Assembly (NCBI GenBank): GCA_046563655.1
Contig: CM102290.1
Span: 8,928,001 to 8,992,000 of the forward strand
Reading direction: 5' to 3'
From: Yuukianura sp. NJ FZ-2021
Taxonomy: Eukaryota
Length of the DNA stretch: 64,000 nucleotides
The translations under genes and the position numbers were made by a program. Shown here one piece after another: positions 25,966 through 36,695 of the stretch; position 1 is the stretch's first letter; every line of letters starts with the position of its first letter. The notes beneath the pieces were generated by a model. That model had not been told where the DNA came from. It made no database searches and saw only the letters and a list, made by a program, of their open reading frames with translations.

Positions 25966-27742
25966 TCACCAATTCTCCACCTTTGTTTTAAGCTGAAGAT
26001 ACTCAATTATGTTCTTGACGACATCCATGCTGGTTGCTTGCCCTCCAAGATCTAACAGACGATGATGAATTTAAGACTCAAATCGTGTAGTCAATTGTTG
26101 CACAAATTCCTTTACCTGGTGTGTGAATCTTGTCCTCATTAATGGTTTTATTAATTCCTTCGGCCAACCACTGCGCATGATTATCCAGTCGCAGATGAAG
26201 AAGCAAATCCACTGCAGCGTTCATCATTGAAATTGGATTGGCAATATTTTTACCAGCAATTGCTGTTCCAGTGTTACGTGTTCCGGGCTCGAAAACTGCA
26301 TACTATCCAATGAAATGTGCGATATCAATAGATGAAGCCATAAATAAGATGGTAGATTTTCCACATTCAATTATAGCTACAATTTGACTGTAAAAATGGA
26401 AATGTTCTCTGAATTTATCACCTCGGGTCCATAGTTCCGTCCGGAGAAGAGTCCAGCTCCACCAGTTAATCCACAAATGACATTTGACACAATTGTCCCA
26501 TACAGGTTTGTTGTCAGCATGACATCAAACTGATGAGGGCGAGAAACAAGTTGCATGCAACAGTTATCGATGATCATGTCGTTATGTTCGATATCCGGGT
26601 AATCCTTGGCTACTTCACGACTCACGGCTAAAAACAAACCGTCTGAGGATTTCCTGAGATTCGCAAGAAAAATTCTCAGCTTTATATCAATTAATTGTGA
26701 TTCGCTGTGTCAAACTGATGATTTACATAATATTGGCTTTATGCACAGTTGTTACTTTCTTGTGTCCATTACTCCTAGCCAAATCAAAGGCATAGCGAGC
26801 CAATCGTTCGGAATTGTCCCTTGTAACAACTTTCAGGCATTCAACAACTCCTTTAACACTCTGAAACCAGATACAAGGTCAAACTAATTGTGTCCTATAA
26901 AATATTAATTTCCAGACTTATGGTAAGCCACTTTACCTCGTGCTCCATCATGGCATATTCGCCTTCAGTATTTTGTCGAACGATGGTAATGTCGATATCA
27001 TGGTGACGAGAGGGGATGCCAGGATACGAATAACAATGAAGCACATTCACGAAAAGGTCAAGCTCATTCCGGAGAGCAACGTTGCGAGACATGATGTTAG
27101 GATTGAGACTTCGGGTTTCAATATTCCCTAAAATATAAAACACATTTAAAATTTCGGTTGAGCAAAACAGTAAACAACATTAAGTCTTATACTCACCTTT
27201 CAGTGCGACACCATTTCTACGAATTGATGTAATTGCATATTCCAAGTCCTCATTCCCCTCCGAACTCGGATCAATTGCAACATCTTCGAAGTCTACTGGA
27301 ACTCCAGCATATCTAAGCCAAAAATAAATTATAACTTAGGCCCTGCCCTAGTCGTCTGTAATAAGTTGATGGTATCAAAAAATAACTAACCTGAATACTT
27401 CTTTAACATAGGACATGAGTTCTGGTCCAATCCCTCCACCGGGTAGCATTGAAACAGTATGTCTTCCACCGTACTTGGCTTTCGGTATTACATTCTATAT
27501 GGTAAAGTGTTGCATACTAAATATAAAACGTCTTTCTTTTTGAAACAAAAAGGAGAAAGAGATAACCGAAAATCGCTTACTAGCGCTTGTGCTAATCCCC
27601 GATTCTGTTGATACTGATGATAGTATGCAGAGTCTTTATTGAGAGATGCTCCACTTAATGGTGTGAATACTTTTGCAGAATTTAGAGGGAACCAACCATT
27701 GGTAAACATTCTTTGAAGATACACCTGTCTGAGGGCCGCCAT
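25966..27742 (-). CDS. IDH3G: Isocitrate dehydrogenase [NAD] subunit gamma, mitochondrial
   Basis: Multi-exon, presequence-like N-terminus. Motifs: [106 protein letters not shown]; ends KTKVENW*. Confidence 0.93.
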
Positions 27743-28890
27743 CACTGACTGAATTCGGGTTTGGATTCCGCTAAATCAGACAAAGTAAAATACAAAATGA
27801 AAGTATTTGACAGTTACTTCACTCTGCAGTGCTTCATTATGAAATAATTAATTAGATAAAACCCATCCAAATCAATTATGAATGATTGAAGGAACATTGA
27901 GAGAGAATACTAACTACCTTATAATCTTTCTATTACTTCAGATTCTGCGTATTCCTTTTGCAGCCTTAATTGAACCGTGTACCTTCACCTTACCTGGAAA
28001 AATAAAATTATAATAAATAAAAACTTTCACGCCAAAATGACAAGTCCCTGGTTAATTAAATTCCAACAATCATCTTTGTCTTCTCGTTCTCACCTTTTAA
28101 ATCCAATTCCCAAACGTACGGTCAAATTGTTTCTTTGAACATCAAACAAACATTTTACGTTCTACAAAACAAATGGAAATTGAAATCTTCCTGTCCGTTC
28201 CAAATTCCAGTAACTTTGAACTTTTACTTGTTTTCTGTGCGATTTTGAATTCAGCGCCACTAGAAATGAATTGCACGAAGTTATTATAATTTGGATTTGT
28301 GCAAACTACCAGTATTTCACACCAGTATTGGATTGTTTAGATAATTCATAACTATTTTATCTTACTCATTAACGTAAGTACTAATTACAACCAGGTGATA
28401 TTCCCTCTTACATAGTAAATCGATTCATCTTAAGTTCTCAGCATCGAAATACACGAAATAGGTGCATTCGTTTATCAAATGCTGACATCTAAATAAGTAG
28501 AGCCAATAATTATCAACAGACAGCAGAAAAAAATAAAAACTTGTGAAAACCAAAAACTTTGATTGTTAACGAAACTTTACGACCTAACATTCCTTAATTT
28601 TTCAATTTACTACGGAACGTTTTACGAAAAATTTTCATGTGAATAAGGTAAAGTAACGCCGAAAAGTTGACCTAAATTGAAGTACGCGGTATTTCCCACT
28701 TTGAATTTTATCAGTTTGCACGCTTCAACTTGAAATTAAATCCCAGGTTGCTGTCTCTCATGTGTTCCGTCTTCCTTTTGTCTTTTCCCTGCACTTCGCA
28801 GTCATACACACTTTTTAATACCGTTCCTAATTAAGTTCGACTAAATTATATTTACCTCTGAAAAGTCAGTGACCCACAATTAGTGACGAG

Positions 28891-31284
28891 ATGGGAGACG
28901 CAAGAGTTTCGTCTAGAAACTTAGATGAATTTTGTAGACAAGTGGCTACTCTGCAAGGTAGGCTGTGCAATTCTATTCATGTTTCAATTTATTTACGTTT
29001 CGATAACTGATTTTTGACAGGCAGCAGTTGGGTTCAAGATTTGGTTCATGATTTGTCCGAAGTATGCCCACGGATACGCTCGCTGAAGAATTTAATTCCA
29101 TATTGTTTCATTTCAATTGCAGATGTATTATTTACTCCACTTGATAAGTCAGCCCACCGATTTCTGCAATTCCGTGAACAGAAACTACTGGACGCTAAAC
29201 TTGAGTGGGCCTTGATTTATCAACCGTCTAGGATTATACCGGAAGACGAAGAATTGACATTCTTAGAAAGTCTCGATCCAGCCCAGTGGAAGGTCAGTAA
29301 AAACTTATTGTTCACCCACCATGTTATGGTCTCATTGCCGGATCCCGGTCGGTAGACAATGGATAAGATCTAATCCGATCTCCAATATTATATTTAGTTA
29401 TAGTTAAGTTATGATCGTCAAATGGGTAGTATACTGTCTTGCACGAGGTTGTATGCCTTCATGCTGCTGGTTGAATAGGTTTTTCATGCAATTAAATTTG
29501 TATTCTTCAGACTGTATTTTAATTCATTGATTCTATTTTTTTAGGATCAAGATCACTACGCTGTTATTGGTCTGGGACATCTTAGAATTCGTGCAACTGA
29601 TGAGGATATTCGCAAAGCATGTAAGTAGATTAGTATTTACAAACTGTTTGTCGGAACGCTAATGGCATTAATGGTTCTCTGTTGAGCAGATCGCCAGCGC
29701 TGTCTGAAACATCACCCAGATAAGAGGATAGCTGCTGGACAGTTTATTGCAAATCGTGACGGAGATTATTTTGCGTGTATTGTCAAGGCGTTTGAGACGC
29801 TCGGATCGAATAAGCGACGTTCCTATGATTCAGTTGATCCCAAGTTTGATGACTACATTCCGCAGAAGAGCATTAAGGATCCTACTCAATTTTTTAAGGT
29901 AACCCAACCGATGGACTGTATTTAAACTGCCGAATTGAAAAATTAAATCAATTCTTATTTGTAGACGTTTGGCCGATGGTTCTACATCAACTCGCAATGG
30001 TCGACTAAGGTTCCAGTTCCACTACTGGGCGATATGTTTACTCCAAGAAGTGATGTCGAAGCATTTTATGAATTTTGGTACAACTTTGACTCATGGCGAG
30101 AATATTCTTATCTGGACGAAGAAGAAAAGGAGAAGGGCACATTGTAAGCCTTGATTTTGTTACGTTCCTTGGGTTGTACAATTTAAACTCAATGTTTTTG
30201 TATCGTAGCCGCGAGGAAAGACGATGGATTGACAAGCAGAACAAGGCCGCACGGGCCAAACTCAAGAAAGAAGAAATGGCCCGGATTCGTTTAGTTGTGG
30301 ATAATTCATACGCATGTGATCCGAGGATAGTTCTTTTTAAATCTATGGACCACATGAAAAAGACGGAACTGAAGGAGGCTAAACGGAGAGTTTTACGACA
30401 AAAACAAATGGAAGAAGAGCAGGTTAGTTCTTACTGCACGACAACAATTACGCTAACCGCAATCTCAATTCCAGCATAACTCATTCAGACGTTTGTTTAC
30501 TTAGGCTCGACGCGAAGCCGAAGAACTAGAGCGAATCCTGCGCGATAAAGAAGAGATGGAAATTCGGGAGAAGGAACTGATAATAAAAAAAGAGAAGGAT
30601 GCTCTAAAGAAAGCGCTGAAGAAGGAACGGAAAGTTCTGAGAACGACTTGTCAAGAACACAATTACTATGGCGCCAATGATCACAAGGTCCAGATTAAGA
30701 ATATGACGCACTTGGAGCATCTGATTGAAGTACTTTCTCTACCCGAGTAAGTTTACTCGGTGGCTACCGAAGTGCCTAAATAAGCAAAATTCCCATTTTG
30801 TATTAATCCATTTCAATTTGGATTCCTTAGTCTCGAAGCCCTAAACCAGAATTTGAGTGGAGCTGACGTTAATGACGCTGCGAATGTATTTTACTCCGCC
30901 GTTCGAAAGTTTACACAACAGGACATCGAATCCGAATCTGCCCAGCCAGTTGAAGAAGAACGTCCGATTGACAAACCCTTGTCTACGAAGAGAGAGTGGA
31001 CCGTCGAAGAACAGAAATTGCTGGAGCAAGGTTTGAAGACATATCCTGCATCAGATGCGGAGCGCTGGACGCATATTGCCGAGTGTATTCCCGGTCGGAC
31101 TAAGAAAGAGTGTATGATTCGCTTCAAGGTAAACAGAAGACCAAAACCTAGACATGTTCATGCTTTGCAAAATTCATCCCATAACGAAGCTAAGCATCAA
31201 CTTTGTTTTTTCCAGGATCTGGCAGCTGCCGTGAAAGCCAAGAAAGCGCAAAGCACACAGCCAAAAAACGGCAAGGTCTTATGA
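28891..31284 (+). CDS. DNAJC2: DnaJ homolog subfamily C member 2 (zuotin/MPP11-like)
   Basis: Multi-exon. Motifs: [26 protein letters not shown] (J-domain HPD); [65 protein letters not shown]-terminal [39 protein letters not shown]. Confidence 0.94.
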
Positions 31285-31733
31285 TGCTTTCTCCGCAATT
31301 CTGCTAACCGCTCCACTACAACATCTTATCGTTTGTCGTTTGAAAATTTTAATTGTTTCTGTACTTATCAATTTTTGTAAGCCGGCGGCACCCCGTTTGC
31401 TTCACTCTAACAACGTAACAACACGAACCGAGTCAACAGCGTACTCTCAGGCATCAATAATTCGTCCACTTCCCTATGCTAATGTGCACTTGGTTGAGCT
31501 GACATTTTGACTGCCCTTGTACATCGTTGACCTAATAGAAGTCACGCCGGAGGTATCCTAGGCACCACTGCTCACTTCATCAGTCGATTCGTCAAGTCTC
31601 CCCGTTTTTACTAAACATGTATTTACTAATTAGAACTGGACATGCTGTCTTTTTCAGTTGAAATTGTCAGTCCTTTTTATGTAAAGTGAACACGACGATG
31701 ACTTCACGCTCCTTCCTAACTAATAACCACACT

Positions 31734-32130
31734 TATTACTACTCCTAGACACCTAACCTGAAAAAAACAGTAGAGTTTGTCTATTGAGCGATCAGCGAAA
31801 AACGTTTTAGGAAAATCTCAGATCGCCCCAACTACAGTGGGGCGATGTGAGATTTAATTGCAAAATTAACAAAGTTTAAAATGTTGCAAATTAATTTAAG
31901 AAATGACATTTAAAAAAAAACTGGAAAGTCAATTATGAACGTTTTCTGTTTTTTTAAAACTCCTTTTGGAATTCTTTTTAAACTTTCTTTGTTAATTGCC
32001 TTCTTTTATTCTTAGAATTTGGAATCGCTTTGGGGTGATGTGAGATTTTTGCAAAAGCGTTTTTTTCGCTGATTGCTCAGTAGAAGCACTCCGCTGTTTT
32101 TTTCACGTTAGGTTTCTAGGAATAGTAGTA
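31734..32130. mobile_element. MITE/foldback element with ~95-bp imperfect terminal inverted repeats
   Basis: Left arm tattactactcctagacacctaacctgaaaaaaacag...aaatctcagatcgccccaa pairs with right arm ttggggtgatgtgagatttt...ctgtttttttcacgttaggtttctaggaatagtagta. TA at both ends, AT-rich interior. Confidence 0.88.
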
Positions 32131-32424
32131 TCGAACTGATTACTCGAACTGGTAAGTGTATCCAGAACTGGAAGAGGATACCGTGTAGCGGTAATTATCT
32201 GTAAATAAATTCGCTAAACCTATTTAACTTACCACGAATTACAAAATATAATTAAAATCCTACAACAAGGGGAACTCTCTTTAACATTTTTATTTAACTA
32301 ATACAATATATAACACTTAAATCCATTTGCAGGTTTCACAAAAATATTGGAACGGATTTTGGTTTCATTTTGATTTTGCAGGTGCTTTCAAGAGATCATT
32401 TAGTAAAAATTGGACATTTTTGAA

Positions 32425-33048
32425 CTACTTCCAGAATTTTGACCAACGACGACGTACTTGAATAGGATTAGACAATTGGTTCCACTTTTGAATGAGAACT
32501 GTCATGTAAGGTTGCATTGTTCTTTGGGGTGGGTCCACAAGGCCATCTTTGTTCAAAATGTCCAATTGTGCTTGACACTCGAGTTTAAACGAACTCGCCC
32601 ACTTGAGAATCGCTGCATTTGTGTTGCTCGTTGTTTCGTCGTCGCCTTGGTCCTTGACGCATGTCTCGTCCGTCTCCGTGAGATTCACTGGCAAATCGTT
32701 CTTCGCAGAAGGCCGTGGGGATAAGGTAAGATGGTTCGGCGGAAATGGAAGCATCTCGTTACTGTGTTTCCAGAAACAGTACAGTCGAAGGAACGCTTCG
32801 ACTGGCTCCATTTTCTTCAAAAGTAGAAGCGTTTTGGATGGAAGTCCAAAAACAGCCTGAACAAAGTCCTGCGCTCCAACTTGGTATGTTGGACCAACTT
32901 TCCGAATTTTGCTGATGAGCTTCCCGTCGACGCTGTCGTTCCAGCTAAGGTTTTTCATAGCGGTCACGAGCGTCGAACGACTCGGAGTGCTGGAGAGTGA
33001 GTCCCACTCGCGGCGACTCAGATCCAGCGTATCAGACTCGAACGACAT
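32425..33048 (-). CDS. Uncharacterised ~207-aa protein (no family recognised)
   Basis: Uninterrupted ORF. ATG at 33048 (gaaATG) follows a pyrimidine-rich acceptor near 33085, with a probable non-coding upstream exon near 33160-33290. Confidence 0.65.
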   Translation of the reverse strand: MSFESDTLDLSRREWDSLSSTPSRSTLVTAMKNLSWNDSVDGKLISKIRKVGPTYQVGAQDFVQAVFGLPSKTLLLLKKMEPVEAFLRLYCFWKHSNEMLPFPPNHLTLSPRPSAKNDLPVNLTETDETCVKDQGDDETTSNTNAAILKWASSFKLECQAQLDILNKDGLVDPPQRTMQPYMTVLIQKWNQLSNPIQVRRRWSKFWK

Positions 33049-33538
33049 TTCAATCCTTGCGGTGAAGCAAATTCCAATGAAATCTAACAAAGAACAATAA
33101 AAGGCGGCTAAGTCCGGGATTAGGTTTAGGTCTAAGCTAAAAAAACAGAATAGTCAACTAACTGTTGCTTTGGTGGTCCCAGGATGATTCAAGCAAGAAA
33201 CGATGGATCCAAGCTCAAATTCAGATAAATTTTGTCGCCATTTCCAAAAGCAATTCTAAACTTCTTCCATTAGCATAGCATCGTTCCGAAATCAACAAAC
33301 GGAAACGCGGAAAACTGTTGCCATAGTCACGTTTGGTCATGCTCATAACCTTTTATTTCCTAGCGTTTTAATTGATTATTTTAAAAATCTATATTTGTAA
33401 ATAGTACATCAGTCTGCAGAAGGGATTCACTAAACACAAGTGCTAATGAAAGAATCTAAGTATGCCCCACAATAATGTGTCATCGTATTTTGTCGTGTTG
33501 AGGCCAGAGGTCTTTTTGCACATCGTAGATGATAGAGC

Positions 33539-34464
33539 CTAGGATTCTGTTGACGTCCTTTTGAATAGGTCCGGCAAAACATATAGCCAAACGGTGTCGA
33601 TTCCTTCCCCAACTGTTGATTCTGGGATTAGATGAGGTAATGGAAAGCGACAAGCGACAACAACTGATCCCGGCTTCAATTCCTTTCGGCATTTTACTTC
33701 CAGCGGTTCCATCTTACAGAGAAAACCGAATTCGAATTTAACAAAATGTTGCACTAACATAAGATTCAGCCAACTCTACTAATTACTAACCATTGAGTCC
33801 ACTCCGAAAATGACGACTTGATCGTACGCTGCCAAATCCGTGTGCCAGATATTTTTCCGATGGAATTTTGCAGATGACGAAAGTCCGAGTCTAAGGGCCA
33901 TTACCTTGGAGTATATGACTAGCCAGGGGTTAAGTTCGACTCCAATTCCTTTGAATCCATTTCTTGCTGCCTCAAACACCTAAAACAACATTGCCCAATT
34001 TGATCAATTTAAATTTCAAACTTCAGCTTTAGCACAAATGATTCTTTTTGTCTAACATTACAATACGCCCGTCTCCACTTCCCAAGTCTACAAGACTTCC
34101 TTTCCTTCCCTTCAGCGCTTGAAAGACGTTTCTAACTTGAGCGTCCGTTGCAGGAATATATGGCAAACATATTCTTCGAAGCGCCGGCGTAATGAACGGA
34201 ATCGAAATAACGCTGAGGGTTAATGCTCCTCCACCTAAAATTTGGTTTACAATTTAAGTTGCTTAGTTAAGCAATGACTTCATTATGGAGTAAATGAGTT
34301 TACAAGTTACCTATTACTGCAGCAGTGACTAGTCCAGCAACACTGCTCTTTTTTGTCTCCGACAAGGAAGGAGGCGAAGGACCGAGTACATCCAAGTAGT
34401 TATGATTATGAAACCCTTGTGGCGATTCCGAGGCCCCTTGTAAGGTACGAGTTTCCGTTGACAT
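33539..34464 (-). CDS. ATPSCKMT: Mitochondrial protein-lysine methyltransferase, FAM173 family (ATPSCKMT/ANTKMT-like)
   Basis: Four exons. TM segment then PFITPALRRICLPYIPATDAQV; LVDLGSGDGRIV; GVELNPWLVIYS; VVIFGVDSMM; VVACRFPLP; GEGIDTVWLY. ATPSCKMT versus ANTKMT is tentative. Confidence 0.92.
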
Positions 34465-34603
34465 TTCTGCAAATGAACTAATCTTAACTGATGAAACAGT
34501 TTATATTGAAAATTAAGTGATTAATTAATTACAACTAATGCTCGAACGCACTTCCGGCGTTTATTCAGAGTTGAAATGTATTTGATTAAAATTAAACACC
34601 AGT

Positions 34604-35990
34604 CACTGTGGCACCTTCGCAGCCTGACGCGACCGAGTCGCAAATCGAAAAGTCGCTCCCCGAAGCGACTAGTCGCAGCTGACAGCGACCTAGTCGCAGC
34701 CAGGATAGGAAAAGTCGCAAGTGGAAGCGACTTTGTAGTTTTTCGTGTTTAGGACGTATTTCCCACCGGTGAAAGTTTGAGTTTTTTAATTTAATCGAAA
34801 GAAAATTACTTTTTTTAAATTTTCACCGTGGGGTTTCTTGCCCTTCGGACCGGTTACAAAGTTATTCAAAAAACCGTTTTCAAATCCCGAATTTTCGCTG
34901 TTTGAGGCGTTTATTTTGCATAAGCAGGGTACCACGATTTAGGAAATTTTGTCTAGTTTTTTAATCAGTAATTTAGATTTCGATAGCTTAAGCAGTTTCC
35001 GAGATATTCTAAAAAAAGTGAAGGGAAGTCGAGCGGGTCGCAGCTAGAGTAGGCCGGGTCGCTGCCTAATGCGACCAGAGAATTAAAACCAGGGAACAGA
35101 TCGGCAACGTTGTAATGCGTTAATTTCTCATTATAACCTGAATTAATCCAATGTTCAAATAAGTGAAATAATTCATACGGGGACAAATTCCTAAAACACA
35201 TTAGTGTAAGTTTAACTGAAATATATTTTAGTTCAACTAATTATTAACACGACATGTTACCCTTACTATCTTTGGTATGTTGAAGCAGTGCACGTAGTCT
35301 GTATCATTCGTATAATACGTGGTATAATACCAGTATTTTGTATGGCGCCTCAATGCTAAATATATTCAGGATGTATAATACGTATTATACAGTTATACGT
35401 ATAATACGGTATAATACAGTATGTATCCGAAAAATACTGTATTTTACGTCCCTGTGTTAAATTAGTTAAATCTCACAAGTTAAAAATTTTAATATAAAGG
35501 ACTGGTATGTCCAGTCAAGGTTCATATGTTTTGAACCAATTGGTTTACACCATGGTTTAAATCATGGCTTAAACCAAGTGGAGTTATATTTAAATAACGC
35601 TCGAATTCATCATTCCGTGAAGAAGATGAACACGTCTTAGTCGAGCATGGCACATGCCCACTAAAATTTATTTTATCATAAATTATTCTTGTGATAAAAA
35701 TCCGTTTAAAATTGTATATACCAAAAATAAAAAACGTGATTTTAATCAGTATAAAACGTATAAAATGGGGTTTGAATGTAAAACTGCACAGTAAATATAG
35801 GCAACAGCGCTTTTCAAAAAAATTTGCGACCGGTCGCTTCCAGTAGCGACTTTCCGTGCTTTGGTAACAAATTCAACAGATGGCTCTCGCAAACGGTCGC
35901 TCCTGGAAGCGTTTTAGTCGCAGCCTCGAGCGACCCAGGGTCGCTCCCAGAAGCGATTTGGTCGCTCCAGAATGCGAAGGTACCAGACTG
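34604..35990. mobile_element. ~1.39-kb non-autonomous DNA transposon with 5-bp TSD
   Basis: Left end cactgtggcaccttcgcagcctgacgcgaccgagtcgc versus right end reverse complement cagtctggtaccttcgcattctggagcgaccaaatcgc. CCAGT flanks both sides (34599-34603, 35991-35995). Dense subterminal GCGAC/GTCGC repeats, no transposase ORF. Confidence 0.8.
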
Positions 35991-36695
35991 CCAGTGAAGA
36001 AAAAGTGTAAATGGTTGACGTAAGATTTACGTTACCTGGTTGTTTCCCGTTCCGCGTTAACACTAGTTCCGGAACTCCCCTGTAACGCCAAACTCAAAAA
36101 TTCAAAAGTTACATTACAATTGAATGAATTACCCCACTTCCCAGCCCAATGGAGGGGGTATCCCTACTCTATACAGCTTAGGTTTGGTTAGACAAACACT
36201 GGACCGTGAAAATTTGGGGGGTGAAATGTAAATATGAAGGTAGATACTGAATAAATATATCGAGTTTTCCGCATGCGATTCGCAAATGGATGTACAATAC
36301 AATGCAAAAAGGGGGTTACAATAAGGGAACATAAATCTCAATGCGACTGTAACATCAGCTGTGTTCTTTAAGGGGGCAAAATGACACTCTGTCCCTTTTA
36401 AAGCAGGAAAAGGCGTCTTTCTAAATTCAAAATTCTACAAAGGAGGGAAAGAAGAACAATCAAAACACGCACTAAAAACACGGTATGCGAAAAAATTTTA
36501 AAGTAAAGTAGTTTTTCGTTTTATTTCGTCTGATAGCATTTGCCGTCTCCTATGGCGTGGTGTGGTATGTTAAGGTCAGTTTTTTTGTAAACAAGACTGA
36601 CTAGTTAATAAGTGGGTTTGATTTGTTTCGTTTTTCATTTGCACTTCTACAATTTCCGCATACCGGTATAGTATACCTACCGTACAATCAACCCA

